Assembly: GCA_030038365.1 (NCBI GenBank)
Contig: JASHPA010000196.1
Span: forward strand, 8,900-72,899
Length of the DNA stretch: 64,000 nt
Reading direction: 5' to 3'
From: Nitrososphaerales archaeon
GTDB taxonomy: Archaea > Thermoproteota > Nitrososphaeria > Nitrososphaerales > Gagatemarchaeaceae
Positions 18,011 through 26,609 of this stretch are shown here, in pieces. The number at the start of each line of letters is the position of its first letter. The stretch's first letter is position 1. Below the pieces are notes generated by a model, which made no database searches, had not been told where the DNA came from, and worked only from the letters and a program-made list of their open reading frames with translations. The translations under genes and the position numbers were made by a program.

Positions 18011-18402
18011 ATTCCAACGTACTAGTCGCCTACTTGGTGCCAGACCACCCCGACCATCAACTAACCAAGTCCCTCCAAGCCAAGCGGCATGCGGTTAATC
18101 CCACGGTCCTTCACGAAACATATCATACATGCGTTTTCAAACTGAAGAGGCCCCCAGAAGACACAATGAACGCTTTGATTGATTACATGGACTTCTCATC
18201 ATGCCTCTCGATGGATTCGGGCACAGTAGAGTTAGGTCTTAGGCTTGCCCTGCGGTATTCGCTGGGTGGAAGAGATGCACTCATACTCGCATCGTATTCT
18301 CGCGCTAAGCAGGTCAGGAAGTTTGTCACAATGGATAAGTCGCTACTTGCAATCGGAAAGTTGACTGTTGGAAAGAAGAAGCTAAACATAGTCTCTCCTT
18401 GA
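17971..18402 (+). CDS. vapC: PIN-domain ribonuclease toxin (VapC-like)
   Basis: Acidic PIN residues in context: IDSNVLV (D), LHETYH (E), GGRDALILA (D), FVTMDKSL (D). The start is uncertain: a TTG at 17971 overlaps vapB by 40 nt, and no ATG/GTG lies near the vapB stop. Confidence 0.78.
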   Translation: MAKPGRNQEYLGIDSNVLVAYLVPDHPDHQLTKSLQAKRHAVNPTVLHETYHTCVFKLKRPPEDTMNALIDYMDFSSCLSMDSGTVELGLRLALRYSLGGRDALILASYSRAKQVRKFVTMDKSLLAIGKLTVGKKKLNIVSP

Positions 18403-18487
18403 TTGAACACTCGATGTTAGCAGCCGACTGGTGGATTCCTGTGGAGTTCGCGAACCTGCAATCCACAGGAAGTGCATGGGTTCTCAT

Positions 18488-18507
18488 GTTCGAATCCCAC
18501 CCCTGCA
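18488..18507 (+). repeat. att-like direct repeat, copy 3 (degenerate)
   Basis: GTTCGAATCCCACCCC-TGCA is preceded by the same TCATG as copy 2. The following AGCTCAAA resembles the flank of copy 2. Confidence 0.6.
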
Positions 18508-18648
18508 CTGCGAATCAGCTCAAACATATCGCGTTTATCCGTCGAGCCGAAACTGAATCTTGGAGACGGGAAAATGACGAGCGGGTGCGAAAGTTAACCA
18601 GCATGTCGGTGAGGAGTCTGCCGGGGTAACTACTTCAGAGGGCGACCA

Positions 18649-19197
18649 ATGGTGGAAACGTTCATGCTTCCTTCGACGGGAATTGGTTTTGCCCCTGCCA
18701 TCATACTCGTAGTGATTGCCGGAGGCGCCGCGCTTCACTACTTCTTCCCCCGACAGGGTCTGCCGAAGCTGAACAAAGGTTCCGCAGTCGGGATTGTCCT
18801 CGCTCTCTTGGTAGGTGGAGGACTCGCGGCCACCTTCCTGAATCCGAGCGCCCCGACAATCGCGGTCGGTCCTGGTCAAGTTTCGATTAGCGCGCAAGTA
18901 ATCGGGACCATGAGTTTCCAGGCAACGGACATGAAACAGGCGTGTACTCAGACGGTTGGAAGCGGTCTGCTGGCTTCCATGTTCAAACAATCAGGCACGA
19001 ACTACGGGAACTACAACGTAGGCACGTACTCGCTCGACAACGGCGCTACTGCGTACGTCGTCAGTGATAATCCGAGCAATGTCGTGGTCGAGCTAGACAG
19101 CGGTTTGTATCTCGTCCTCGGGCCTCCTTCGAGTAACTTTACTGGCTTCGTCAGCTATTTTTCGGAAAATGTCTTACCCGTGACCAGCTGTTCCTGA
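18649..19197 (+). CDS. hypothetical membrane protein (two N-terminal TM helices plus a soluble domain)
   Basis: 182 aa. GIGFAPAIILVVIAGGAALHYFF and AVGIVLALLVGGGLAATFL are followed by a Gly/Ser/Asn-rich beta-looking domain. Confidence 0.45.
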   Translation: MVETFMLPSTGIGFAPAIILVVIAGGAALHYFFPRQGLPKLNKGSAVGIVLALLVGGGLAATFLNPSAPTIAVGPGQVSISAQVIGTMSFQATDMKQACTQTVGSGLLASMFKQSGTNYGNYNVGTYSLDNGATAYVVSDNPSNVVVELDSGLYLVLGPPSSNFTGFVSYFSENVLPVTSCS

Positions 19198-19241
19198 TTG
19201 GCTCCTTGATTCAAGGGTGATGTCCGAATCGATGAAGTCAC

Positions 19242-19739
19242 TTAGAGCTCAGGCAGAGTACGTGTGAGGATCGCCGCCGAGATACTGGCCTGGTCGATCG
19301 TGCGCTGGGTATTGCTTCGCCTCAGTATGGCCAGCCCGAAGAGGACGATGGAGCCTATCACGAAGGGTATCAGGAGAACCACCCCAAGCGCTATCGCACC
19401 CGTGGTGGCAGAAATCCTGTATCCGACCCGAAGGTTGCGGCCCTCCTGGGTCACATTGATCCTAACCTCGTCGAAGAAATCCCTGTAGATCAAGTCCACT
19501 CCCTTCTCGAGCGGCACCCTGGGGACGAGACCCCTCCGCTTTAGCTCCGCCTCGAAGTTGGAGAGAAAGACTTCCTTGCTGTCTCCGAGACCCTCGAAGA
19601 TGGTCTCGCTTATCGAGGTAGTTATCCCTCTGTTCAGGTCCCTTGAGAAGATCACCCCAACCAGGACGATCACCGCCAGAGCGATTCCTGTGGCTACCCC
19701 GAACAGCAACCACAGCGAAACTATAGACCCAACGGCCAT
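19242..19739 (-). CDS. hypothetical membrane protein (TM, soluble loop, TM)
   Basis: 165 aa. N-terminal SLWLLFGVATGIALAVIVLVGVIF and C-terminal GAIALGVVLLIPFVIGSIVLFGLAIL flank an ~80-aa charged domain. Confidence 0.45.
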   Translation of the reverse strand: MAVGSIVSLWLLFGVATGIALAVIVLVGVIFSRDLNRGITTSISETIFEGLGDSKEVFLSNFEAELKRRGLVPRVPLEKGVDLIYRDFFDEVRINVTQEGRNLRVGYRISATTGAIALGVVLLIPFVIGSIVLFGLAILRRSNTQRTIDQASISAAILTRTLPEL

Positions 19740-19827
19740 GTCTTGTGGTACCGGCCCTCGCAGCTGGTCTCCAGACCTTTGGGATTAGCTTTACCCTTTG
19801 GCCAAGTAACCGTTTAAAGGGCCGGGC

Positions 19828-20184
19828 GTGAGCTACCCGCCCAGAATCCACTTGAGCGAACTCGTCGCGCGGAATGGGGACACGGTATCGGTGCACTACG
19901 TAGGGAAATTTCCCGGAGGGAAAGTCTTCGACACCAGCATGAAGTCGGAGGCGATAAACGCAGGACTCTTCAGCCCCGCACGCGACTACAAGCCGCTACA
20001 GGTCATCCTGGGCGCACATCAGGTGATTCCCGGGTTCGAGGAGGCGCTGGCAGGAATGAAAGTCAACGAGACGAAGGAGGTCACGATACCACCCGAGAAG
20101 GGCTATGGAAAGGTCGGGAGACACCCGATGGTAGGCAAGACCCTGCAGTTCAAGCTGCTGGTAACGAATATCAAGAGGCCATGA
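19828..20184 (+). CDS. FKBP-type peptidyl-prolyl cis-trans isomerase (short form)
   Basis: 118 aa with a GTG start. GDTVSVHYVGKFPGGKVFDTS...VIPGFEEALAGMKVNETKEVTIPPEKGYG is the canonical FKBP core. Confidence 0.85.
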   Translation: MSYPPRIHLSELVARNGDTVSVHYVGKFPGGKVFDTSMKSEAINAGLFSPARDYKPLQVILGAHQVIPGFEEALAGMKVNETKEVTIPPEKGYGKVGRHPMVGKTLQFKLLVTNIKRP

Positions 20185-20196
20185 GCCTATCACGGC

Positions 20197-20664
20197 TCAG
20201 GCCAGACTCTTCCTGATACCATCGAAATCCGGAGCGACGTCAGGGTTGGCGGCGACCCACGAATAGAGTATCTTTCCCGTGTCGTCAAGCGTGTACACCG
20301 CTCGGTTGGACACGTCGTATCCCTTGACTCCGTCTATGTCGCGCCAGATGAGGCCGTATTTCCGCGTGACCTTGCGGGTAAAGTCGCAAAGCAACGGGAA
20401 CTTGAAGCCGTACTTCTCGGCGTAGGCTTTCTGAGCGAACGGAGGGTCGACCGAGATTCCGACCACCTGGGCCTTCATCTTCTGGAGCTCCGCGAACATG
20501 TCCCGGAAAGCACACAGCTCCTCGGTGCATACACTCGTGAAGGCACCCGGGTAGAAGGCCAGTATAGTCTTCTTCCCCTTGACGAAGAATTCGGACAGAC
20601 TGCGTTCCTTCTGGTCTGCATCGTACAGCGTAAAGCTTGGAGCGCGACTTCCGACTTGCGGCAT
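20197..20664 (-). CDS. bcp: peroxiredoxin (AhpC/TSA family, Bcp/PrxQ-like)
   Basis: 155 aa. APSFTL...KTILAFYPGAFTSVCTEELCAFRD contains the peroxidatic Cys in the PxxxTxxC context and a resolving Cys 5 residues later. Confidence 0.88.
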   Translation of the reverse strand: MPQVGSRAPSFTLYDADQKERSLSEFFVKGKKTILAFYPGAFTSVCTEELCAFRDMFAELQKMKAQVVGISVDPPFAQKAYAEKYGFKFPLLCDFTRKVTRKYGLIWRDIDGVKGYDVSNRAVYTLDDTGKILYSWVAANPDVAPDFDGIRKSLA

Positions 20665-20709
20665 GGAGAGGGTCGCCCGCCACTTGCAGCTTAAAGCTTT
20701 GGCCGGGGC

Positions 20710-21636
20710 CTAGAGCTCCCTCAGCACGGCGGCCAGGAGGTGGATCTGTTCCCAGTCCTTCGTGTCCCATGTCTGGAAGTAAATCTTCTCAACTCCTCTG
20801 TCCCTTACCTTGTTCACACCCTCCGCGAATTCTTCCGTCGTGGCGACCGCGCATCCGCGGCTGATGAGCTCGCGTGCGTAGACGTCCTCGTCTTTGCTCA
20901 CTCCCTGCCGTCGCATGTCCGCTCGCACCCTCGCCTTCAGACCTCTCCTGTCCTCGGCGATTATGAACTGGCCCATCTTGGAGATCTCGATTGGTCTCTT
21001 GCTCGCCTCGAGTGTTTTCTTAATCGTCTCGAACTCCGCGGGAGGAGCACCAACAAAGTTCCATTCGTCTGCGTAGGCGACCGTCTCTCGTGCAATGGAG
21101 GGTGCTTTGCCACCTATGATCATGTGTACCTTGCGCCTGAGACTCGGCAGCCCCTTCAGGTGCGCCGAGAAGTACTTCCCACTGAAATCGACCCTGCCAA
21201 CCTGCGTCAGCGGACGGATGATCTGCAGCGCCTCGTGGAACTGCTCCTTCCTTACCTTGAGAGAAGGAAACTCCAAGCCATGGGCGAGATACTCATCCTC
21301 GTACCAGCCGGCCCCCACTCCCAGCCGCAGCCGGCCAGAGGATATCGAATCGACTGTGCACGCCATCCTGGCGAGCAGCGCAGGGTTCCGGAAGCCAATC
21401 GGCGAGACCATTGGTCCGAACCTCAGAGTCTTGGTAATGGCGGCAATTGCCCCAAGGGTCACCCAGCACTCGGGCGAATCGAGATTCTGCCGGCGGGAGG
21501 TCGGAAGCAGGTGGTCTGAACGAAAGAGGTAGCCGTACCCGATCTTCTCGACGCCCCTAGCCACGTCGAGCAACTCCCTGAGACCCATGCCCTCCTGAGG
21601 TTCGAGCATTATCCCGCAGTTCTTGATGAATGCCAA
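20710..21636 (-). CDS. LLM-class (luciferase-like) flavin/F420-dependent oxidoreductase
   Basis: 308 aa. EKIGYGYLFRSDHLLP...LGAIAAITKTLRFGPMVSP...RLRLGVGAGW is the TIM-barrel LLM pattern. Confidence 0.78.
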   Translation of the reverse strand: MAFIKNCGIMLEPQEGMGLRELLDVARGVEKIGYGYLFRSDHLLPTSRRQNLDSPECWVTLGAIAAITKTLRFGPMVSPIGFRNPALLARMACTVDSISSGRLRLGVGAGWYEDEYLAHGLEFPSLKVRKEQFHEALQIIRPLTQVGRVDFSGKYFSAHLKGLPSLRRKVHMIIGGKAPSIARETVAYADEWNFVGAPPAEFETIKKTLEASKRPIEISKMGQFIIAEDRRGLKARVRADMRRQGVSKDEDVYARELISRGCAVATTEEFAEGVNKVRDRGVEKIYFQTWDTKDWEQIHLLAAVLREL

Positions 21637-21705
21637 GTGGTGTGGCCACCTGATCTGGCCATATAATCTAGTGCAGAGAGCGGGCGGCTGAGCACGAACA
21701 AAAAT

Positions 21706-21730
21706 GATATATACAACTCGAAGTTGTATA
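21706..21730 (+). promoter_or_regulatory. thermosome promoter: TATA box overlapped by a perfect 9-bp-arm palindrome (candidate heat-shock operator)
   Basis: GATATATA (21706-21713) and TATACAACT-cga-AGTTGTATA (21710-21730) end 18 nt upstream of the thermosome ATG at 21748. Confidence 0.55.
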
Positions 21731-21747
21731 GCTGACGCGAATTATTA

Positions 21748-23391
21748 ATGTCAAGTAGCCCACAGTACATTATTCTAAAGGAAGGCACAGCAGAGTCGAA
21801 GGGAAGGGAAGCTCAGAGGAACAACATCCAGGCTGCGAAGCTCATCTCCGAGATCGTCAGAACATCTCTAGGTCCCCGCGGTATGGACAAGATGCTAGTC
21901 GACTCGCTCGGCGACGTGACCATCACCAACGACGGGGCTACCATGCTCAAGGAGATAGACGTCCAGCATCCCGCTGCGAAGATGCTGGTGGAGGTATCGA
22001 AGGCCACAGACAACGAGGTAGGCGACGGGACGACATCCGCTGTCATCCTCGCAGGCGCGTTGCTCGAGAAGGCGGAGGAGCTCATCAGTAAGGACGTTCA
22101 TCCCACAGTTGTCGTCGACGGCTACATGAAAGCGCTCGAGAAGTCGCAGCAGGTCCTCGAGAAGATTGCGGAGAAGGTCGACCCATCCTCGAAGGCAGAC
22201 CTGCTCAAGGTCGCCACAACCAGCATGATGACGAAGCTCGTCTCCGACGACGCTCCTCACCTCGCCCAGCTCGTGGTCGACGCGGTGACGCAGGTGGCCG
22301 AGCAAACGGAGACCGGCTACAAGGTCGACATCGACAATGTCAAGGTAGAGAAGAAGGCGGGAGGCTCGATGACCGATACCAAACTCATAACCGGAATAGC
22401 CCTCGACAAGGAGGTGGTCCACTCGGCGATGCCGAAGAGGATAGACGGGGCAAAGATAGCGCTCATCAACTCGCCTCTCGAGATAGAGAAGACCGAGTTC
22501 AGCGCAGAGATTAGGATAAGCGACCCCGACCAGATGCAGAAGTTCCTCGATGAGGAGAACAGCATCCTGAAGGGCATGGTCGAGAAGATCGAGGAGTCTG
22601 GCGCCAATGTGGTCATCGCCCAGAAGGGCATCGACGACGTCGCACAGCACTACCTGGCCAGGGCCGGGATCATGGCGGTCAGAAGGGTCAAAGAGAGCGA
22701 CATGACCAAGCTCGCCAAGGCTACGGGGGCGCGCATAGTCACGAACTTGGACGATCTGAGCGCCAAGGACCTCGGGTCGGCAAAACTCGCCGAGGAGAGG
22801 AAGGTCGAGGAAGACAAGTGGGTCTTCATCGAGGGCGCGAAGAATCCCAAGGCGGTCACCATTCTCGTGAGAGGAGGTTCGCAGAGGGTCGTCGACGAGG
22901 CCGAACGCTCGCTCCACGACGCGCTCATGGTCACGAAGGATGTCGTCGAGACTCCCTCGATCGTCGCCGGCGGCGGTGCGCCTGAGGTCGAGATCGCGAG
23001 CAAGGTCAGGGAATGGGCGCAGAAGCTTACAGGAAGGGAACAGCTGGCGGCTCTCAGGTTCGCCGAAGCGATAGAGAGCATCGCAACCATTCTCGCTGAG
23101 AACGCAGGCATGGACCCGATTGACACGCAGGTCGACCTGAGGGCAAGGCACAGCAAAGGCGAGAAGTGGGCCGGAGTCGACGCGCTCTCGGGCAAGGTCG
23201 CCAACATGTGGGGCAAGAACGTCATCGAGCCGATGGCCGTGAAGAGCCAGATTCTGAAGGCTGCGACCGAGTCGGCGAGCATGATTCTGCGCATCGACGA
23301 CGTCATCGCTTCGAGCAAGACAAAGGAGGTGCCAGCCGGTGCAGGAGGGCCAGGCGGAATGGGAGGAATGGGTGGCATGGGCGGGATGTAA
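21748..23391 (+). CDS. ths: thermosome subunit (group II chaperonin)
   Basis: 547 aa. [31 protein letters not shown] and VAGGGAPE motifs, with a C-terminal [12 protein letters not shown] tail. Confidence 0.97.
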   Translation: MSSSPQYIILKEGTAESKGREAQRNNIQAAKLISEIVRTSLGPRGMDKMLVDSLGDVTITNDGATMLKEIDVQHPAAKMLVEVSKATDNEVGDGTTSAVILAGALLEKAEELISKDVHPTVVVDGYMKALEKSQQVLEKIAEKVDPSSKADLLKVATTSMMTKLVSDDAPHLAQLVVDAVTQVAEQTETGYKVDIDNVKVEKKAGGSMTDTKLITGIALDKEVVHSAMPKRIDGAKIALINSPLEIEKTEFSAEIRISDPDQMQKFLDEENSILKGMVEKIEESGANVVIAQKGIDDVAQHYLARAGIMAVRRVKESDMTKLAKATGARIVTNLDDLSAKDLGSAKLAEERKVEEDKWVFIEGAKNPKAVTILVRGGSQRVVDEAERSLHDALMVTKDVVETPSIVAGGGAPEVEIASKVREWAQKLTGREQLAALRFAEAIESIATILAENAGMDPIDTQVDLRARHSKGEKWAGVDALSGKVANMWGKNVIEPMAVKSQILKAATESASMILRIDDVIASSKTKEVPAGAGGPGGMGGMGGMGGM

Positions 23392-23530
23392 GAAGAGGCC
23401 CGCCCGTTCACACTTTATTCTCTAAAGAATACCAATTCCGTCAAGCTTATGAAGGAGGTACCGTCGTCGCGGTGGCGGTAGTTCGTGCGGGTCGCATTTT
23501 TTGGCCTAGGCGCTGCCGTGTTGAGAACAA

Positions 23531-23947
23531 ATGACGCTGTCGATAGCAAAGCGCGTACTCGAGGAGATACACACCCACGCGGAGTCGACCTATCCGGAGG
23601 AGTGCTGCGGATTGCTGATCTCGGACAGGTCTAAACACGTGACGGAATCCATCCGTATGAAGAACGCCTATGACGGGCCGAAGCATGACCGCTACAACAT
23701 TGACCCTCTCGAACTGTTCAGGGCTGACCGGGCCAGCGCGCAGAAGGGCCTCACGATAGCTGGCATATACCACTCCCATCCAGACTATCCGGCCACGCTA
23801 TCGAAGTTCGACACCGACCATTCTTTTCCCTGGTATTCCTACGTCGTTGTCTCGGTGCCCAAGGGCCAGGCCGGAGATACCAGGGCCTGGATACCAAAGG
23901 AAGACAGGACATCGGCCATGGAGGAGACGATGGAGGTCTTTGGGTGA
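23531..23947 (+). CDS. JAMM/MPN+ metalloprotease (Mec+/HcyD/QbsD-like prokaryotic JAB)
   Basis: 138 aa. The complete JAMM signature is present: EECCG (Glu) and HSHPDYPATLSKFD, which equals HxHx7Sx2D exactly. Confidence 0.88.
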   Translation: MTLSIAKRVLEEIHTHAESTYPEECCGLLISDRSKHVTESIRMKNAYDGPKHDRYNIDPLELFRADRASAQKGLTIAGIYHSHPDYPATLSKFDTDHSFPWYSYVVVSVPKGQAGDTRAWIPKEDRTSAMEETMEVFG

Positions 23948-23951
23948 GAAG

Positions 23952-25379
23952 ATGGCCGTCAAGATAGTCATACCGACCGCTCTGCGGCAGCACACGAACA
24001 ACGAGGACGAACTCCAGCTCAGCGCGCGTGATGTGAAAGGAGCGCTGCAGGAACTGGTTGTCGCTTTCCCCGGGCTCAGACGATATCTCTATTCCGACAA
24101 TGGAAGGCTCCGCAACTTCATCAACATCTACCTCAACGAGGAGGACATCCGCTATATGAAAGGGGAGGAGACCCCTCTTTCCGACGGGGATACCCTGATG
24201 ATAGTCCCATCAGTGGCCGGAGGATCGGCCCATGCCGATCCGCACAACGTCAGTCTGTCGAGCAGCGAGTTCGCACGCTACAGCCGGCACCTGATAATGC
24301 CAGAGGTCGGGATGGAAGGCCAGAAGGCGATAAAGGCGTCGAGCGTCCTGATAATTGGCGCGGGCGGCCTAGGGACACCCTCGGCGACCTATCTCGCAGC
24401 CGCAGGGGTCGGCAGGATAGGCATCGTCGACTTTGACACGATTGAGAAGAGCAACCTCCACCGACAGATACTGTACTCGGAGCAGGACGTAGGCAAGAGC
24501 AAGGCGGAGGTTGCCAAGGAACGTTTGCTGCAGGTAAACCCGAACATCAGTATCGAGCTGCACAAGGTCCGTCTCGACTCTTCCAATGCGCTGGACCTCC
24601 TGAAGAACTACGACATCATCATGGATGGTACAGACAACTTCCCCACACGCTATCTAGTGAACGACGCATGCGTGCTCCTCGGCAAACCAAACGTTTACGC
24701 GAGCATTTTCAGGTTCGAGGGCCAGGCCTCAGTATTCTTCGCCAAGGAGGGTCCATGCTACAGGTGCCTCTATCCGGAGCCCCCCCCACCGGGCCTCGTC
24801 CCGTCGTGCGCCGAGGGCGGCGTCCTTGGTGTCCTGCCGGGGATAATGGGGAGCATCCAGGCGGCCGAGGCCATAGACCTCATACTTGGAAAGGGTACGC
24901 CCCTGATCGGGCGCCTCCTGCTCTTCAACGCCCTGGACATGAAGTTCAAGGAGCTGAAACTCAGGAAGAACCCCGACTGTCCGATATGCGGCCCGAATCC
25001 GACAGTGAAGGAGTTGATAGACTATGAAGTGTTCTGCGGGGTCAACGAGACGCTCGAGCCTGGTTTCGAGATATCGTCGCGCGCCCTCAAGCAGGTGATT
25101 GACGCGAAAGGAGGCGTCGTGCTCCTCGATGTGCGAGAGCCATTCGAGAATCAAATCTGCAGGATAGACGGCTCGAGGCTCATCCCGCTTGGGCAGCTGC
25201 CGCAGAGGGTCAACGAGCTGGACACTGCGGATGACATAGTCGTCTACTGCCACAGTGGTGTAAGGAGCGCCCAGGCGGTCCGGCTGCTGAAGGGTCTGGG
25301 TTTTCGCAAGGTCAGGAATCTAAAAGGTGGGATACGGGCCTGGACCATCGAAGTCGACCCCACTCTCCAGACGTATTGA
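23952..25379 (+). CDS. tri-domain fusion: CysO/MoaD-like ubiquitin-fold sulfur carrier (internal GG) + MoeB/ThiF-type E1 adenylyltransferase + rhodanese
   Basis: ATG at 23952, 5 nt after the JAMM stop. Residues 1-91, MAVKIVIPTALRQHT...FINIYLNEEDIRY...DGDTLMIVPSVAGG, follow the CysO pattern (IPT.LR.HT / FVNIYVNDEDVRF / DGD..I.P.VAGG). Next come ARYSRHL..IIGAGGLGTPSATYLAAAGVG (E1 nucleotide loop), the CYRC and CPIC zinc pairs, and PSCAEGGVLG. The rhodanese domain has active site VVYCHSGVRS. Confidence 0.85.
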   Translation: MAVKIVIPTALRQHTNNEDELQLSARDVKGALQELVVAFPGLRRYLYSDNGRLRNFINIYLNEEDIRYMKGEETPLSDGDTLMIVPSVAGGSAHADPHNVSLSSSEFARYSRHLIMPEVGMEGQKAIKASSVLIIGAGGLGTPSATYLAAAGVGRIGIVDFDTIEKSNLHRQILYSEQDVGKSKAEVAKERLLQVNPNISIELHKVRLDSSNALDLLKNYDIIMDGTDNFPTRYLVNDACVLLGKPNVYASIFRFEGQASVFFAKEGPCYRCLYPEPPPPGLVPSCAEGGVLGVLPGIMGSIQAAEAIDLILGKGTPLIGRLLLFNALDMKFKELKLRKNPDCPICGPNPTVKELIDYEVFCGVNETLEPGFEISSRALKQVIDAKGGVVLLDVREPFENQICRIDGSRLIPLGQLPQRVNELDTADDIVVYCHSGVRSAQAVRLLKGLGFRKVRNLKGGIRAWTIEVDPTLQTY

Positions 25380-25422
25380 TGACGGGGTGTGAACGCACCT
25401 GACAAAGTTCTCGACCGACTCC

Positions 25423-26574
25423 GTGCACGGGCACGACTACTACGACCCGGAGACGGGGGCGTTCAAGGTGCCGCTCTATCTCTCCACCATATTCGAGCAT
25501 CCGGACCGGCGGACGGGAGAAACGCGCAAGAGCGACAGGGGTTTCGAGCAGAAGTACTCGAGAGAGGAGAACCCGACCGTAAGAGGGTTCGAGAAGGTCA
25601 TCGCGAAGCTCGAGCAGGCCTCCGCCTCCCTCGCGTTCAGCAGCGGGATGGGGAGCATGGCGGCCATCTATCTTTCGACCCTGAGCTCGGGCGATAACAT
25701 CGTCGTCACCAAGGAATCCTACGGCACTACCCAGGAGCTCGCCCTCAATCTTTCCAAGTTCGGGATAAAGACGACCCTTGCAGGACCGGAAACCGAGGAT
25801 TTCATCGAGAAGATCAACCAGGGAGTCTCCCTCGTCGTGGTCGAGACCATGACCAATCCCCAGGTCCGAGTAGCCGATGTGAGGGCTATCGCGAAGCGAT
25901 GCAAGGAGGTCGGAGCGAAGCTGGTCGTAGACAATACGTTCGCCACACCGCTCCTGTACAAGCCGCTGCTCGACGGCGCCTGGGTGACCCTTCATAGCGT
26001 GACCAAGTACATAGCGGGGCACAACGATGTGATTGGCGGAGTCATCGCCCTGGATGATTCCATGGACTTGGTCGACCTGTGGGAGTTCAGACGCAGGCTC
26101 GGCTCAATCATGGGACCATTCGAGGCCTTCCTCTCGTTGAGAGGTGTAAGCACTCTGAAGGTACGGTTCGAAGCGCAGTGTGCGTCTGCACTCGCCATAG
26201 CAGAGTTTCTGCAGGACAGCCCTAAGGTCGAGGAAGTGTTCTATCCCGGGCTGAAGAGCAGCCCGTATCACAAGACGGCGCAGAAGCTCTTCGCCGAGAA
26301 ACTGTACGGTGGCCTCCTCAGTTTCAAGGTCAAGGGTGGAAAGAAGGAGGCGCTCGAGGTCCTCAAGAGGGTAAACGTCATCAAACCCTCGCCCAGCCTA
26401 GGCGGCACGGAGTCGCTCCTCAACTACCCGATCACCAGCGCTTCGAAGACGCTATCGCCCGCCGTGAAAAGGGAACTTGGCATAGGCGACAATCTACTGA
26501 GGCTCGCCCTGGGGCTCGAGGATATCGAAGACCTGAAGGAAGACCTTTCACAGGCGCTGGCAAGAGTGCCATAG
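25423..26574 (+). CDS. Cys/Met-metabolism PLP-dependent enzyme (O-acyl-homoserine sulfhydrylase / cystathionine gamma-synthase family)
   Basis: 383 aa with a GTG start; the frame is open back to 25393 and reads TKFSTDSVHG, so the true start may be non-canonical. Motifs YSREENPT, AFSSGMGSMAA and the PLP-lysine context HSVTKYIAGHNDVIGG. Confidence 0.85.
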   Translation: MHGHDYYDPETGAFKVPLYLSTIFEHPDRRTGETRKSDRGFEQKYSREENPTVRGFEKVIAKLEQASASLAFSSGMGSMAAIYLSTLSSGDNIVVTKESYGTTQELALNLSKFGIKTTLAGPETEDFIEKINQGVSLVVVETMTNPQVRVADVRAIAKRCKEVGAKLVVDNTFATPLLYKPLLDGAWVTLHSVTKYIAGHNDVIGGVIALDDSMDLVDLWEFRRRLGSIMGPFEAFLSLRGVSTLKVRFEAQCASALAIAEFLQDSPKVEEVFYPGLKSSPYHKTAQKLFAEKLYGGLLSFKVKGGKKEALEVLKRVNVIKPSPSLGGTESLLNYPITSASKTLSPAVKRELGIGDNLLRLALGLEDIEDLKEDLSQALARVP

Positions 26575-26609
26575 AAGATTCCTGTTCTTCGAATCCCTCA
26601 TAAGCACCC

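Noticed and set aside
18425-18507. Possible complete tRNA around repeat copy 3, including an 8-bp hairpin CCTGTGGA-N16-TCCACAGG
   Set aside because: No acceptor-stem partner for CCCCTGC and no T-stem 5' strand can be found, and the hairpin loop is too large for an anticodon arm. I treat it as a degenerate att copy plus an adjacent hairpin.
21895-23151. 418-aa ORF on the minus strand
   Set aside because: It is entirely antisense to the unambiguous thermosome gene. Its Arg/Leu/Asp-rich composition is typical of a shadow ORF in GC-rich coding DNA.
23350-23391. Short tandem nucleotide repeat (GGAATGGGN)x4
   Set aside because: It encodes the well-known GGM-repeat C-terminal tail of group II chaperonins and is not an independent repeat element.
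23847-23951. N-terminal extension of the E1 fusion ORF in the track (start 23847)
   Set aside because: The extension overlaps the JAMM gene's 3' end in another frame and is Arg/Pro-rich. The ATG at 23952 begins exactly at the conserved CysO-like N-terminus.
25377-25402. C/D-box sRNA-like elements (TGATGA ... CTGA) in the E1/PLP intergenic spacer
   Set aside because: Only one C-like and one D'-like box are present, with no C'/D pair or terminal stem. TGATGA overlaps the E1 stop codon, so chance is the likely explanation.
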